Sequence record: QB031380.1
DNA: 44,130 nt
DNA from: a phage
Direction: 5' to 3' (one strand)
Shown here: positions 9,005 to 18,234 of the stretch, piece by piece
Position numbering within the stretch: the stretch's first letter is position 1
Layout of the letters: every line of letters begins with the position of its first letter
Notes under the pieces: model-generated
The model's database searches: none
What the model was told of the DNA's origin: nothing
What the model saw: only the letters and a program-made list of their open reading frames with translations
Translations under genes and position numbers: made by a program

Positions 9005-9469
9005 ATGAAAATTTTACAAGAAGAGAAAAATTACTGGGCCGCGCAATGCCTCGAAGCCCGCGATCAGGCCAAACGTGCGAACGCGTTGGCGTCTGCCAAC
9101 CAGTCGCTATATGAAGGGGAGAAGAAAGTGCGCCAGGAGTTAGAGGAGCGCTTCGAACTGCTTTTCGAATTGATGGGGATTATGCAGCGCACCGGATACA
9201 CAACCAGCGTTGCACTAAACCGCATCACTGCCGATGGTTTGCGTGAGCATTGCAAACGTGCGGAGGAGCACGTCCGTCCGAAGGGTCGCCAGTCTTCGAT
9301 CGCCCGGAAAGACCTTGTGCTCATGGCGTGGCGCAACCCTACAAACGGCAGCTTCTACCCGGACGCGCGCCCGCTTAGTGCTGTGGAGTCAAAGCGCGTG
9401 CAACGCATTCTCAAAACCGGCGATAAAATCGCCCTGTATGCGATAGACACCGACCATGCAGAAGAGTGA
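9005..9469 (+). CDS. hypothetical protein
   Basis: 154 aa ORF with ATG start, downstream of the promoter. Confidence 0.5.
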   Translation: MKILQEEKNYWAAQCLEARDQAKRANALASANQSLYEGEKKVRQELEERFELLFELMGIMQRTGYTTSVALNRITADGLREHCKRAEEHVRPKGRQSSIARKDLVLMAWRNPTNGSFYPDARPLSAVESKRVQRILKTGDKIALYAIDTDHAEE

Positions 9470-9941
9470 GCAAAAAGATAGCTGGCGCACGCCGCCAGCT
9501 TTATTTAAACCGCTGCGCCGTAAGTACCGATTCCGTTATGACATGGCTGCGAGCGATGCCAACCACCTTCTACCGCGTTACTTCACGGCAGAGCACAGCG
9601 CGCTTGAGGTGGACTGGTCAGAGTTGAAAGGGTGGAAGTGGTGCAACCCGCCGTATTCCGATCCGCTGCCGTGGGTCGAGTGCGCAGCGCACGGACGCCG
9701 GACCGTCATGCTACTGAATCAGGACACGTCGACGAAGTGGGCGAAGCTGGCCCGGAAGACTGCAAACCTGATAATTCTTCTGGACTGGCGGATACGATTC
9801 ACCCATGCTGTGACCGGTGAAGTCGGGCCGAGCAATAACAAGTGCCAGCAATTGATAATCTTTGACGAAGCGCCACCCACCGGCAGCGCACAAATTGAAA
9901 TAATGAGCGAAGGAGAACTACGTGAATATCTTAATCGTTGA
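9456..9941 (+). CDS. phage-type DNA N6-adenine methyltransferase (Dam-like)
   Basis: N-terminal DSWRTPP and catalytic NPPYS motif. Confidence 0.8.
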   Translation: MQKSEQKDSWRTPPALFKPLRRKYRFRYDMAASDANHLLPRYFTAEHSALEVDWSELKGWKWCNPPYSDPLPWVECAAHGRRTVMLLNQDTSTKWAKLARKTANLIILLDWRIRFTHAVTGEVGPSNNKCQQLIIFDEAPPTGSAQIEIMSEGELREYLNR

Positions 9942-10146
9942 TCGCAGTATGCGCGTCGTGGACGAAATTGTTAAACGCTACCAAATCAACCCGAGGGAGA
10001 ACAAAGTGCGTCGCGTGTCACGGCCGGAACACCTCCTGGGCATGGACCTTACTGGCTGGCTTGTAATGACTGCCCGCTGCCATCTTGTGTGTGACACGTG
10101 TTCCGCCCGTATTGTTCGTGCAAATTTGATTGAGGAATTGAAATGA
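9922..10146 (+). CDS. hypothetical protein
   Basis: 74 aa ORF coupled to neighbouring genes. Confidence 0.4.
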   Translation: MNILIVDRSMRVVDEIVKRYQINPRENKVRRVSRPEHLLGMDLTGWLVMTARCHLVCDTCSARIVRANLIEELK

Positions 10147-10613
10147 AACTACTTATTTGTGATCTGGATGGCGTTATTAATGGTTCAAGCGATGCGCGTG
10201 CCGACCTGGTGCCAGGGATAAAAACGAAATCCACCTTTTGGGCGAAGTGGCACAAAGCGCACGTCCGCGAAGACCTGAACATGGATATGCTGCCGCTGCT
10301 GCGCATGTATAAAGAGCAAGGCTTCGAGATCGCGTATCTGACCAACCGGCAGCGCGAATGCTGGGACACCACCGCCGAGCAATTGGAGGTCTTCCCGGTA
10401 GGCCGGTTGTTTATGCGCCACATGCTGGATGACACCCCGCCGCCAGAGTTTAAGGCGTGCGCCGTGTTCAAAATGGTCTGCTACGCGGACGTGTCGGAAC
10501 TGGTCATCATTGAAGATTGCGAGAAGAACATCGCGGCGATTCGTCGGGCGTGTGGTGATTTGGTCCCGAAAATTTACGCAATAAACGTTGCAAAATTCAC
10601 TTGCAACCAATAG
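10143..10613 (+). CDS. HAD-superfamily hydrolase-like protein
   Basis: N-terminal LICDLDGVI (HAD motif I DxDG), YLTNR (motif II), EDCEKN region. Confidence 0.5.
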   Translation: MKLLICDLDGVINGSSDARADLVPGIKTKSTFWAKWHKAHVREDLNMDMLPLLRMYKEQGFEIAYLTNRQRECWDTTAEQLEVFPVGRLFMRHMLDDTPPPEFKACAVFKMVCYADVSELVIIEDCEKNIAAIRRACGDLVPKIYAINVAKFTCNQ

Positions 10614-10631
10614 GTTGGTTGCACTATAGTA
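10602..10631 (+). promoter_or_regulatory. promoter-like TTGCAA-N18-TATAGT spanning palindrome TGCAACCAA-tagg-TTGGTTGCA
   Basis: Perfect inverted repeat of the 9-mer overlapping the hexamers. Confidence 0.4.
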
Positions 10632-10634
10632 AAC

Positions 10635-11198
10635 GTGTCGGGGCAATACAGCCCCCTCACTAAAAAGGGTAATACTGTGAAAGCATACGAATACTGCAAA
10701 AACGCCGCCACCACTATGGAACAGCGCGGGAAAGAAAACGGCTATGGCAACGAGAAAGAAGAACGCATCGCCAAACAGATCGCGGCCGTATTTAACGCGC
10801 TTACCTGTCGCGACCTTACCGAGCAAGACGCCTGGACCTTCCTGATCTGCCTGAAGCTGGTGCGCCAGCACCGTAAGCACCGGGATGATAACATCGTGGA
10901 TCTGGTGGCGTATGCCGCCCTGCTGGGCGAGTCTTACATGACCGTGCATGACGAGATTCAGATCGATACAACGGCAGCACAATTCGACAGCCTCAAAGGT
11001 TGGCCCATCGCCTCCGCCGGGACGTGGCATCCTTCTTCATCTGTGGGCAAGACTGTTAACGCCGCCAATTTTGGAGTTGTAGCCCAGGACGTCCAACCTA
11101 TGGTCGTGCTCACCGGCGAAGACGGATCGAAAATCTGCATGACGCAGGAAGATTTCCGCAACATGGAAAAAACACTGGTGACTGGCGCACTTAAATAG
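10635..11198 (+). CDS. hypothetical protein
   Basis: 187 aa ORF (GTG start in track; an alternative GTG lies at about 10677). Confidence 0.45.
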   Translation: MSGQYSPLTKKGNTVKAYEYCKNAATTMEQRGKENGYGNEKEERIAKQIAAVFNALTCRDLTEQDAWTFLICLKLVRQHRKHRDDNIVDLVAYAALLGESYMTVHDEIQIDTTAAQFDSLKGWPIASAGTWHPSSSVGKTVNAANFGVVAQDVQPMVVLTGEDGSKICMTQEDFRNMEKTLVTGALK

Positions 11199-11238
11199 TT
11201 TAATCGCGGGCTTCGGCCCGCATCAATGAGGACTCATA

Positions 11239-11814
11239 ATGTACGGCGAATATGAAATAACCGGTAAACAATTCCACCTGGCGGCGATGATTGCAAGCAT
11301 CGAGTTTGACCAGTGGCGCTTAAAGTCCGACGCGTGCAAGCAAAGCCGACTCGTCGGTGTGCTGGGCGAAATGTTTGCGGGCATGTACCTCGAAGGGCAG
11401 GCAGGCGGTCGAAGTTGTATCCCGCAAGGCTTACTCATGCGTACGGGCCTGTTTAGCGCTAATACAATCGACCGCGGCGATATTATCATGGTTGGCAAGC
11501 GCAAGGTAAAATCTGGCCCAGACTTCCGCGAGCATGTGATCGATGCCGTCTGGACCTATGAGGTTAAAGCCACCAGCGGCATCCGTCGCGGGCTGGTAGA
11601 GGCGCGTTGCGCTCGCGAATATCTATCGCGTAGAGTTTCCGGTGTTATCCTGGTGGGTGTATCGTTAGGGCCGCAAAGCGCGCACGGCGTGATTGAGGAT
11701 ATCGCAGAGCCATACGTGATCGTGAACGATTGGCCATTAGTGGAAGTGGAAGGAAAGGAATACTACGAAAGCCCGCTGGTTCGGCGCAAAATGGATTGGG
11801 AAAACTCAAACTAA
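11239..11814 (+). CDS. hypothetical protein
   Basis: 191 aa ORF with ATG start, ends at the bidirectional terminator. Confidence 0.5.
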   Translation: MYGEYEITGKQFHLAAMIASIEFDQWRLKSDACKQSRLVGVLGEMFAGMYLEGQAGGRSCIPQGLLMRTGLFSANTIDRGDIIMVGKRKVKSGPDFREHVIDAVWTYEVKATSGIRRGLVEARCAREYLSRRVSGVILVGVSLGPQSAHGVIEDIAEPYVIVNDWPLVEVEGKEYYESPLVRRKMDWENSN

Positions 11815-11843
11815 AAAAAGGGGCCGTGCGGCCCCTTCGCATC
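11815..11843. terminator. bidirectional terminator between convergent genes
   Basis: AAAAAAA-GGGGCCgtgcGGCCCC-ttcgcat; the A-run gives a T-run on the minus strand. Confidence 0.6.
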
Positions 11844-13518
11844 ACGCTTTAGTCAGTGCAGCCACGGCAGCTTTCAATTCCTCCAGTTCTTTCTGCATAT
11901 CTTCCACCTTACGTCCCATGAACACCATCGCACACGCCATATCGGTTAATATGACATTACCGTCTAGTGCCAGTGTATCGTCGTAGTAGTCGCCGTCATC
12001 CGCGTTGAATCCTTCCGTACCTACCAGATCCGGGTCTTTAAGCGCGCCGGGAATAATCTTCACGTATTGCGGGTCGATTTTAACCAGATCCTGCGCGATA
12101 AGGCCGTAGCGCTGGATTTCAGACCCCTTATACTTAAACATTGTTGGCAGCCACTGCATCACCCGGTCGTAGCTTTCCTTCCCTTCCGTGTACTTAATGT
12201 CATGCTTTAAGTCGCGGTCGGACGTAGGCGCTTTCTGGAACGTGTAAGCGCCAAATGTACCACTGACCTGAATATCACAGGCGCTTACATCAAATTCAAA
12301 GTTTGTCCAGTTTTCGCCATCCCCTCGGCAGCGCAATGCTGCGCGGGGCCAGTCCGCCGCGCCTTGTGCGATCAGCCCCCACGTCGCGCGGATAGGCCAG
12401 CCACCAGTTGATCTTGAATGCCAAGAAATTGCTGGCACCCATCCGCCGTCATTCGCACTGACTTCGGACAGCCATACGCCACTTTCCCCATAGGTATTTG
12501 GTATGTCCCATCCAGTTTGGAAGCCTTCTGCGATAAGACGCTTACCCTCTATCCTCGACGCTGTGCCCCATTTATCTTGGCCCGCGTCATACAACCACGT
12601 GCGGCCTGCCGACCCCAGGCCACGCACATTAAGGGTGTCGTCAGGCCCGATGCCTAAGTGGGTGCGCGCTGCCGCGGGGTCCGCAACGTCGCTAAGGTTG
12701 TTGGACTTAGCCAGAAATTTCGACGGGTCAATCTCATTCTTAAATTGTTCAGCCTCGTCGCGAAACCCTCGCGCGGCATCGCGTGCGGCTTGCGCGTCTG
12801 TCTTCGCGGTATTGACTTCGTCGCGAATAGCGCCAGTATCCGTCTTAATCTGGTAGGTCTGGTCCTTGATGCCCTGCGTATCAGTCTTAATCTGGTTGGT
12901 TTGCGTCTTGATCGCATCGGTGGCGTCGTGGATCGCCTGCGTATCCGCCTTAATCTGGTTGGTGGCGTCGCGAATCCCCGCCGTCTCAGTCTTGAAGCCT
13001 TCGGCCTCATTGCGAAATCCTTGCGCGGCTGCTTCAGATGCCGCGGCTTGTTGTTGCAGGTTGCGCATTTCAACTGGGTCAATTTGCTTCATCAATTGCG
13101 ACAGGTAGCCCCATGACATACCCTGCATAACTTGCCCGTTGGGCAGCGTAACGGTGATCTCTTCAGCGTCGCCGAAGATTGCACGCCAGTTGTTTTCATC
13201 CGCAATCATCAAGCGCAATGCTTTCTGAGCCTGGACTGTTACGCCCATCGTCGCCAGAGACATGGTATCGCGCGCAACGCCATCCCACGCAAGGCCGGTT
13301 GCCGTAGGGCCGTCGAACGGCAGCACCAGCGTAATCGCGGTGTCGCTTTCGACGGACGCGATAGCAACAGTGTAAGGCACTTGCCCCACCACCAGAGTTA
13401 AGAAGTCGCCAGCATTAAACGCGGTAAACGTCGTGCCTACCCCGACAACCGCCTTGCTGTTATTCGTTACGGATAGTGTACCCGCTGCCATAGCTGAATC
13501 CTCATAAATTGGTTGCAT
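11842..13518 (-). CDS. tail fibre protein with C-terminal intramolecular chaperone (peptidase S74) domain
   Basis: 558 aa; central xIKxDTQ-type repeats; C-terminal TSDRDLKHDI motif and YGLIAQDL segment typical of the auto-cleaving chaperone domain. Confidence 0.75.
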   Translation of the reverse strand: MQPIYEDSAMAAGTLSVTNNSKAVVGVGTTFTAFNAGDFLTLVVGQVPYTVAIASVESDTAITLVLPFDGPTATGLAWDGVARDTMSLATMGVTVQAQKALRLMIADENNWRAIFGDAEEITVTLPNGQVMQGMSWGYLSQLMKQIDPVEMRNLQQQAAASEAAAQGFRNEAEGFKTETAGIRDATNQIKADTQAIHDATDAIKTQTNQIKTDTQGIKDQTYQIKTDTGAIRDEVNTAKTDAQAARDAARGFRDEAEQFKNEIDPSKFLAKSNNLSDVADPAAARTHLGIGPDDTLNVRGLGSAGRTWLYDAGQDKWGTASRIEGKRLIAEGFQTGWDIPNTYGESGVWLSEVSANDGGWVPAISWHSRSTGGWPIRATWGLIAQGAADWPRAALRCRGDGENWTNFEFDVSACDIQVSGTFGAYTFQKAPTSDRDLKHDIKYTEGKESYDRVMQWLPTMFKYKGSEIQRYGLIAQDLVKIDPQYVKIIPGALKDPDLVGTEGFNADDGDYYDDTLALDGNVILTDMACAMVFMGRKVEDMQKELEELKAAVAALTKA

Positions 13519-13571
13519 TAATGGTTAAGCAGTGCAATACTAAAACTAAACCAAATATAGGGGATGATACC

Positions 13572-13793
13572 ATGAAAACATTAATTGTGATTTGTGCGGT
13601 TCTTCTGTCCGGCTGCGCGGTAGAGCGTAACAACGGCGATTGCATTACGGTAGCTTACGGAAGCTGCATGTTGCGCTACGTTGACGGGCAAAAAGTCCCT
13701 GCGGGGGATGTGGATATGCGATTCACTGGTCTGTCTGCCGATAGTGACGGCAATTTTTCCGGCACTGTTTCAGTTAAATCACGGGAGTGGTAA
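13572..13793 (+). CDS. lipoprotein (signal peptide with lipobox LSGC)
   Basis: MKTLIVICAVLLSGCAV N-terminus; internal ATG of track ORF 13509..13793. Confidence 0.6.
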   Translation: MKTLIVICAVLLSGCAVERNNGDCITVAYGSCMLRYVDGQKVPAGDVDMRFTGLSADSDGNFSGTVSVKSREW

Positions 13794-13795
13794 TT

Positions 13796-14761
13796 ATGGG
13801 CGCTGGAATACTTATCGACTACAACGACGGAAGGCCGGTGATGGAGATAACCGCCGGACTTCGCGCTCCGTCATACTGCACTACGTTTGATCAGCGCTGC
13901 CAGTCCGATAAGACGCTGACCATTAATACTCCGCTAACCCCAGGGTCTGATCTTGTCGTTGCGCTCACGCGTCCGGTAGAAGTGATTGAGGTCTTCGACC
14001 AAACGCTGGTGCTCCCGGACCCATTCTACGTTACGTCTGTACAACGTAACGGGGATAGCGGCATTATTCTACGAGGTGCGGACGCGTATAGCGCATACAG
14101 TGGTCTTCCGCAATGGGCTGGGATAATTATGGAAGTGCTGCCGGTTGGGTCGCGCAATGCTGGCTTACTGGTGGCGAACTCGACGGACTTCACCGCCATA
14201 ACTAACGTATCCAGGCTAATGACATGCCGATATGCGCAGCGCGTTCGCGTCAATGGGAGTATGGCATTGCCAGTCGGCGGTGTTCCGTTCGCGCGCTGGG
14301 ACGACGGCAACGTGTCGGTGGGATTCGATGGTGGTAGTATTATCGTCCGCAACGCGTCCTATGGTGGTATTGACGATGTGGCGGCTTCGGTGGATATGGA
14401 CCTAGTGATATTCAACAACACGCCGCCTTCACCGGGGACAGGCATTACCATGACTAACAACCAGGGACAGGTCACGTTCTCTACCGCTAACAAGCCGTTC
14501 GTCCTCAATTCCGTAATTAATATCGGCACTGGCGGTCAGAATATCGGCAACAGCCTCGTACAGCTTTCATATACTGGCGCGCTCATTGAGAACAACAGCG
14601 GATACAACCATGTGAGAATGAACGGGATACGCATGGCGGGAAACGTGGTTAGCGCGGCACGAAATCGCGTGGTCGGTAACTACTCACGGCAGCAATTCCA
14701 GATGCCTAACCGTAACGTGACCGTACCCACCCCGCTACTAGTCATCCCTAACATGTATTAA
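13796..14761 (+). CDS. hypothetical protein, co-transcribed with the lipoprotein
   Basis: ATG immediately after the lipoprotein stop; about 322 aa; no recognisable motif. Confidence 0.5.
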   Translation: MGAGILIDYNDGRPVMEITAGLRAPSYCTTFDQRCQSDKTLTINTPLTPGSDLVVALTRPVEVIEVFDQTLVLPDPFYVTSVQRNGDSGIILRGADAYSAYSGLPQWAGIIMEVLPVGSRNAGLLVANSTDFTAITNVSRLMTCRYAQRVRVNGSMALPVGGVPFARWDDGNVSVGFDGGSIIVRNASYGGIDDVAASVDMDLVIFNNTPPSPGTGITMTNNQGQVTFSTANKPFVLNSVINIGTGGQNIGNSLVQLSYTGALIENNSGYNHVRMNGIRMAGNVVSAARNRVVGNYSRQQFQMPNRNVTVPTPLLVIPNMY

Positions 14762-14790
14762 AAAGGGGCCGCATGGCCCCTTCGCATTTA
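14762..14790. terminator. bidirectional terminator
   Basis: AAAAA-GGGGCCgcatGGCCCC-ttcgcat, nearly identical to the terminator at 11815. Confidence 0.6.
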
Positions 14791-17700
14791 CCACGTACCT
14801 ACTTTCACCCTACCCCCGCCAGGTAATGGCACGTTAACGCCTGTTGAGTCGATCGTAACGGACCCGCCAGAGAATCCGAAATTACCAGTAGTCGCGAACA
14901 AGTTGCCCCTGACCGTTACGTTGTTGAACTCCGCCCCGCCATCCTTCGCGATACGCCAGCCGCTGCTACCAGGGTTCCAGTTATTGGATTGCAGCGTGTC
15001 CGTGATCTGTGCGAAGTTGATGGACGCATTCTTGATGCGTGCGGTGTCAATGTACACCTGTCCGCCGTCAACGATAAACGCGGACGAAAGCGACCCATTC
15101 GACGGGTGCATGATGTAGAACTGGTCCGCCTTGAACGCAATACGGGATTTAACCGCGCCGCCTTCCGCCACGACGGAAAGCTGCATACCGGCATCATAGT
15201 AAGTCCCGTTATACGTCACGCCCGCCTTAAGGCTATATGTGGCGCTACCGCCAGCATGGTTAAACGTGGACGTCATCTTCTGCTCAATAGCGGCGGACTG
15301 CTGCCCGAACTGTGCCGCCACCTGGGTCTTGTACTCCGCCAGCGCGCCAGCTACGTCTGCCGTTGCCGTTTGTACCTGCTGGATGGCAGCTTCCTGTTCT
15401 CCGAACTTAGCGGCAACAGTTTGCTGATACTGGGCGAAGGCTTGCTCGTGCGTGCTTTGCGCTGTCTGCAACGTGTGGATTGCCGCTTCCGCATCGTCAA
15501 GTCGCGTGCCGATCAACGTCTCCAGTTGAGCGACCGCCTTGTGGGCGTCCGCCGCCACGTTATACGCGACCGAGATTTCCGCATAAATACCCTTGTACTC
15601 GGCGCGGGCGTTGAACAATTGCTGCGCGTCGGTGAGCATCGCCTCGTAAATACCCTGCGGGATCGTGTCGATTGCTTCCTGGAAGTGTTTACCATCCTCG
15701 GAAGACAAGAACTCGTCATCAAGCCCCTTCATGTACTCGTCAACTTTGTCACTCACCTGCCCTTCAAACGGGGCCGACCAGTCCGACAGGTTGCCGATTT
15801 TATCAGCTACACGGGCGCGCAACTGCTGGTAAATTCCGAACTCCAGCGACGTTTGCGCGTACTCCGCGCCAGGATAGGGGACGTTTGTTAAGAATTTCCA
15901 TTCCGTTTCACCCGTCTTGCGCACTTCAAGCTCGGTGTAAGAGATATCCGTCGCGGCGTTGTTGTGGTTCCACTTCCACAAAATTTGATGCAGACCCGAA
16001 ATCGCGTTGGTGATGATTGGGGCGTTAAGCCCACCGAGGCGACCTTCCACCGGCGTGATCGCGGAAGACACCCACGGGGACGAGATTTCGCCCATGCCAA
16101 TTGCGCGGACGCGTGCCTGATAGTTACCGGAGAACACGTTAGGAATGTGCGCCCCATTCGACGCCGTGCGCGGGATATTCACCCAGTCGTTACCCCACTG
16201 GATTTCCATATTCTGCAAGCTGGTGCGTCGCCACTGGATTTCATACACCACGGCGTCCTTCACCGGCGGGAAAACAATATCCACGTTGGTGATTAGCTGG
16301 CCTTGCGATGAGATCTGCGACGGCGTGATTGTCACAGATTCCGGCCCCTTCATTACGCCGTCAGGCACTTGCGTGAAGATACCCGGATCAAGGCGAGCGC
16401 CATTATCAACGGCATCATATTTGCTATCGTTGTATTCAATCCCGCGCACCGAGAAAGTGCTGGTAGAGTCGTCATATTCCAGATCGGTGATGCGGAATTT
16501 CTGCAACTGGATATCATCGCCATCAACGCAAAACGGTTGGTCTGGAATCGGGTCGGCGTCCAGTGCGGTTTTTAGCGTGACCTTGTTGCCGTTGACGCTG
16601 GCGATCTCGCGAGTCTCCACATTTCCGCTATCGGTGCGCACCAGGAACTTATCACCAGGGCGGAATGTGATTTCGCTGTCTGTGTTCAGCACGATACGCG
16701 TGCCAGGGTCCGACAACAGGCGACCGCCACGAGTCTCGAATCCGCCAGAAATATTAGTATCCGCGATCGCGACTACGCTACCAGGAATAAAGAATAGACC
16801 CTCCATGCCCACCTTAAAACTAACTTGCTGGTCAAGCTGGTTGGATATTAGCGCCCAATGCCCGCGGCGTTGCGCTTCGGATTCGCGCGTACAGCCGATC
16901 GCCGTAATATCAAGACGGTTAATCTTATGGCGGCGCACCAGTTCGACGCGCTGGCCCGTTGCGATGGCGTCATCGTAGTGGTTTTTCGGGTTGCCGTAGG
17001 CTACCGCGAATGTGGAATAGCGAGTTTTCTGGCTGCCAGATGCGTAGTCGAATCGCCCATCAATAACAGATGCGTTGGTGATAGTGTGCGACACTGCTGC
17101 GACCGGTTGGTCACTGACGATATTCAACATCTGGTTGCCCCACCAGGTCATTCCGGCGAAGATGGCAGCCAAATCCTTAAGCACGGTCCAGGCATCCGTC
17201 TGTGACTGAATGTACATATCATTCTTAAAGCGGATTTCTCGACCACCGTTGCCGTCGCTGACCAACTGATCGCAGCGCTGCGCAATCTGGTAGAGCGCGT
17301 ATCGGTTTAGCATTTGCGGTTTGATACGCCGACCGAGGCCGAAGCGCTCAGTAATACAAATATCGTACCAGTGCCACGCAGGGTTATCCGTCCATGCGCG
17401 TTTAAACGTGCCGTCCCAGTCCCCGGAATAAGTATGATTAATCGGGTCGTAGTTGTTCGGTATTAGAACTTTGCGGCCTTTGCACTTGATGGACACGCGC
17501 GGGATGTTCTGGAACGCTTTGGCGTCGAACTCCACGAACAACAGCGCGGTTAGAGGGTATCGCAGGCGGGCGTCGATAATCTCGGTGATTGATTGTACCT
17601 GGATATCGTTAACCACTTTTGCCGATGTGGAGTCTGCCGTTATGCGGTGCACCTCCACGCGCCAGCCGGTGTTAACGTTCGGCGGTAGCTCGATGCGGTG

Positions 17701-18234
17701 ATCGCGCTCGTATAGCGACATTGTTTTACCAACGGCAGCGAAGGTAAACTCACGCGGGTCCGCGTTATCCGTATACACAACGATCTTATAGTCGATGCGC
17801 CCGCCCACCAGGTCGCCATTATCTTCGTTTGTGTACAGGGCCGGAATGCCGATGCGAATGCGCACGGCGTCCAAACTGGTGTCGTTAATCTGGCGCACCC
17901 ACGGCGTGCCGTTCTCCAGTTTTACGCCTACAGATTGCTCACTTTCCACCGCTGAAAATCCGTGGATCACATCCTGGTGCTGTGTTCCGGGGCGGAACTC
18001 CACACGCGCGCCGGGGAAGTTTTCAGACAGGTCTGCATTCTGGATCGGTGTTCCGTCCAGATATACGCGCCGCCGTAATTCGTTAGGGTCTGGAATACCT
18101 TCGAACTCACCTTCTCCCAGCGCGAGCAAGATGCGGATTTTAGCCAGCGAATGCAGGCTATCGGGCGTCTCCTGTGGGGTGTGCTGTTTGCCGCCGCCGC
18201 CTTTATGGCCCGTGACGTCGTAGATAATCGTCAT
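14788..18234 (-). CDS. J: central tail fibre / host specificity protein (lambda J-like)
   Basis: 1148 aa; N-terminus resembles lambda J; follows I/K/L genes in canonical order. Confidence 0.85.
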   Translation of the reverse strand: MTIIYDVTGHKGGGGKQHTPQETPDSLHSLAKIRILLALGEGEFEGIPDPNELRRRVYLDGTPIQNADLSENFPGARVEFRPGTQHQDVIHGFSAVESEQSVGVKLENGTPWVRQINDTSLDAVRIRIGIPALYTNEDNGDLVGGRIDYKIVVYTDNADPREFTFAAVGKTMSLYERDHRIELPPNVNTGWRVEVHRITADSTSAKVVNDIQVQSITEIIDARLRYPLTALLFVEFDAKAFQNIPRVSIKCKGRKVLIPNNYDPINHTYSGDWDGTFKRAWTDNPAWHWYDICITERFGLGRRIKPQMLNRYALYQIAQRCDQLVSDGNGGREIRFKNDMYIQSQTDAWTVLKDLAAIFAGMTWWGNQMLNIVSDQPVAAVSHTITNASVIDGRFDYASGSQKTRYSTFAVAYGNPKNHYDDAIATGQRVELVRRHKINRLDITAIGCTRESEAQRRGHWALISNQLDQQVSFKVGMEGLFFIPGSVVAIADTNISGGFETRGGRLLSDPGTRIVLNTDSEITFRPGDKFLVRTDSGNVETREIASVNGNKVTLKTALDADPIPDQPFCVDGDDIQLQKFRITDLEYDDSTSTFSVRGIEYNDSKYDAVDNGARLDPGIFTQVPDGVMKGPESVTITPSQISSQGQLITNVDIVFPPVKDAVVYEIQWRRTSLQNMEIQWGNDWVNIPRTASNGAHIPNVFSGNYQARVRAIGMGEISSPWVSSAITPVEGRLGGLNAPIITNAISGLHQILWKWNHNNAATDISYTELEVRKTGETEWKFLTNVPYPGAEYAQTSLEFGIYQQLRARVADKIGNLSDWSAPFEGQVSDKVDEYMKGLDDEFLSSEDGKHFQEAIDTIPQGIYEAMLTDAQQLFNARAEYKGIYAEISVAYNVAADAHKAVAQLETLIGTRLDDAEAAIHTLQTAQSTHEQAFAQYQQTVAAKFGEQEAAIQQVQTATADVAGALAEYKTQVAAQFGQQSAAIEQKMTSTFNHAGGSATYSLKAGVTYNGTYYDAGMQLSVVAEGGAVKSRIAFKADQFYIMHPSNGSLSSAFIVDGGQVYIDTARIKNASINFAQITDTLQSNNWNPGSSGWRIAKDGGAEFNNVTVRGNLFATTGNFGFSGGSVTIDSTGVNVPLPGGGRVKVGTW

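Noticed and set aside
10185-11030. Minus-strand ORF of 281 aa overlapping two plus-strand genes
   Set aside because: Spans the junction of two plus-strand genes and their promoter; no RBS; inconsistent with the plus-strand orientation of the whole module.
14989-16978. Long plus-strand ORFs (300 aa and 277 aa) inside the J gene region
   Set aside because: They are antisense to a confidently assigned 1148 aa J-like gene, are Arg/Leu/Cys-rich as expected from high-GC antisense frames, and lack RBSs.
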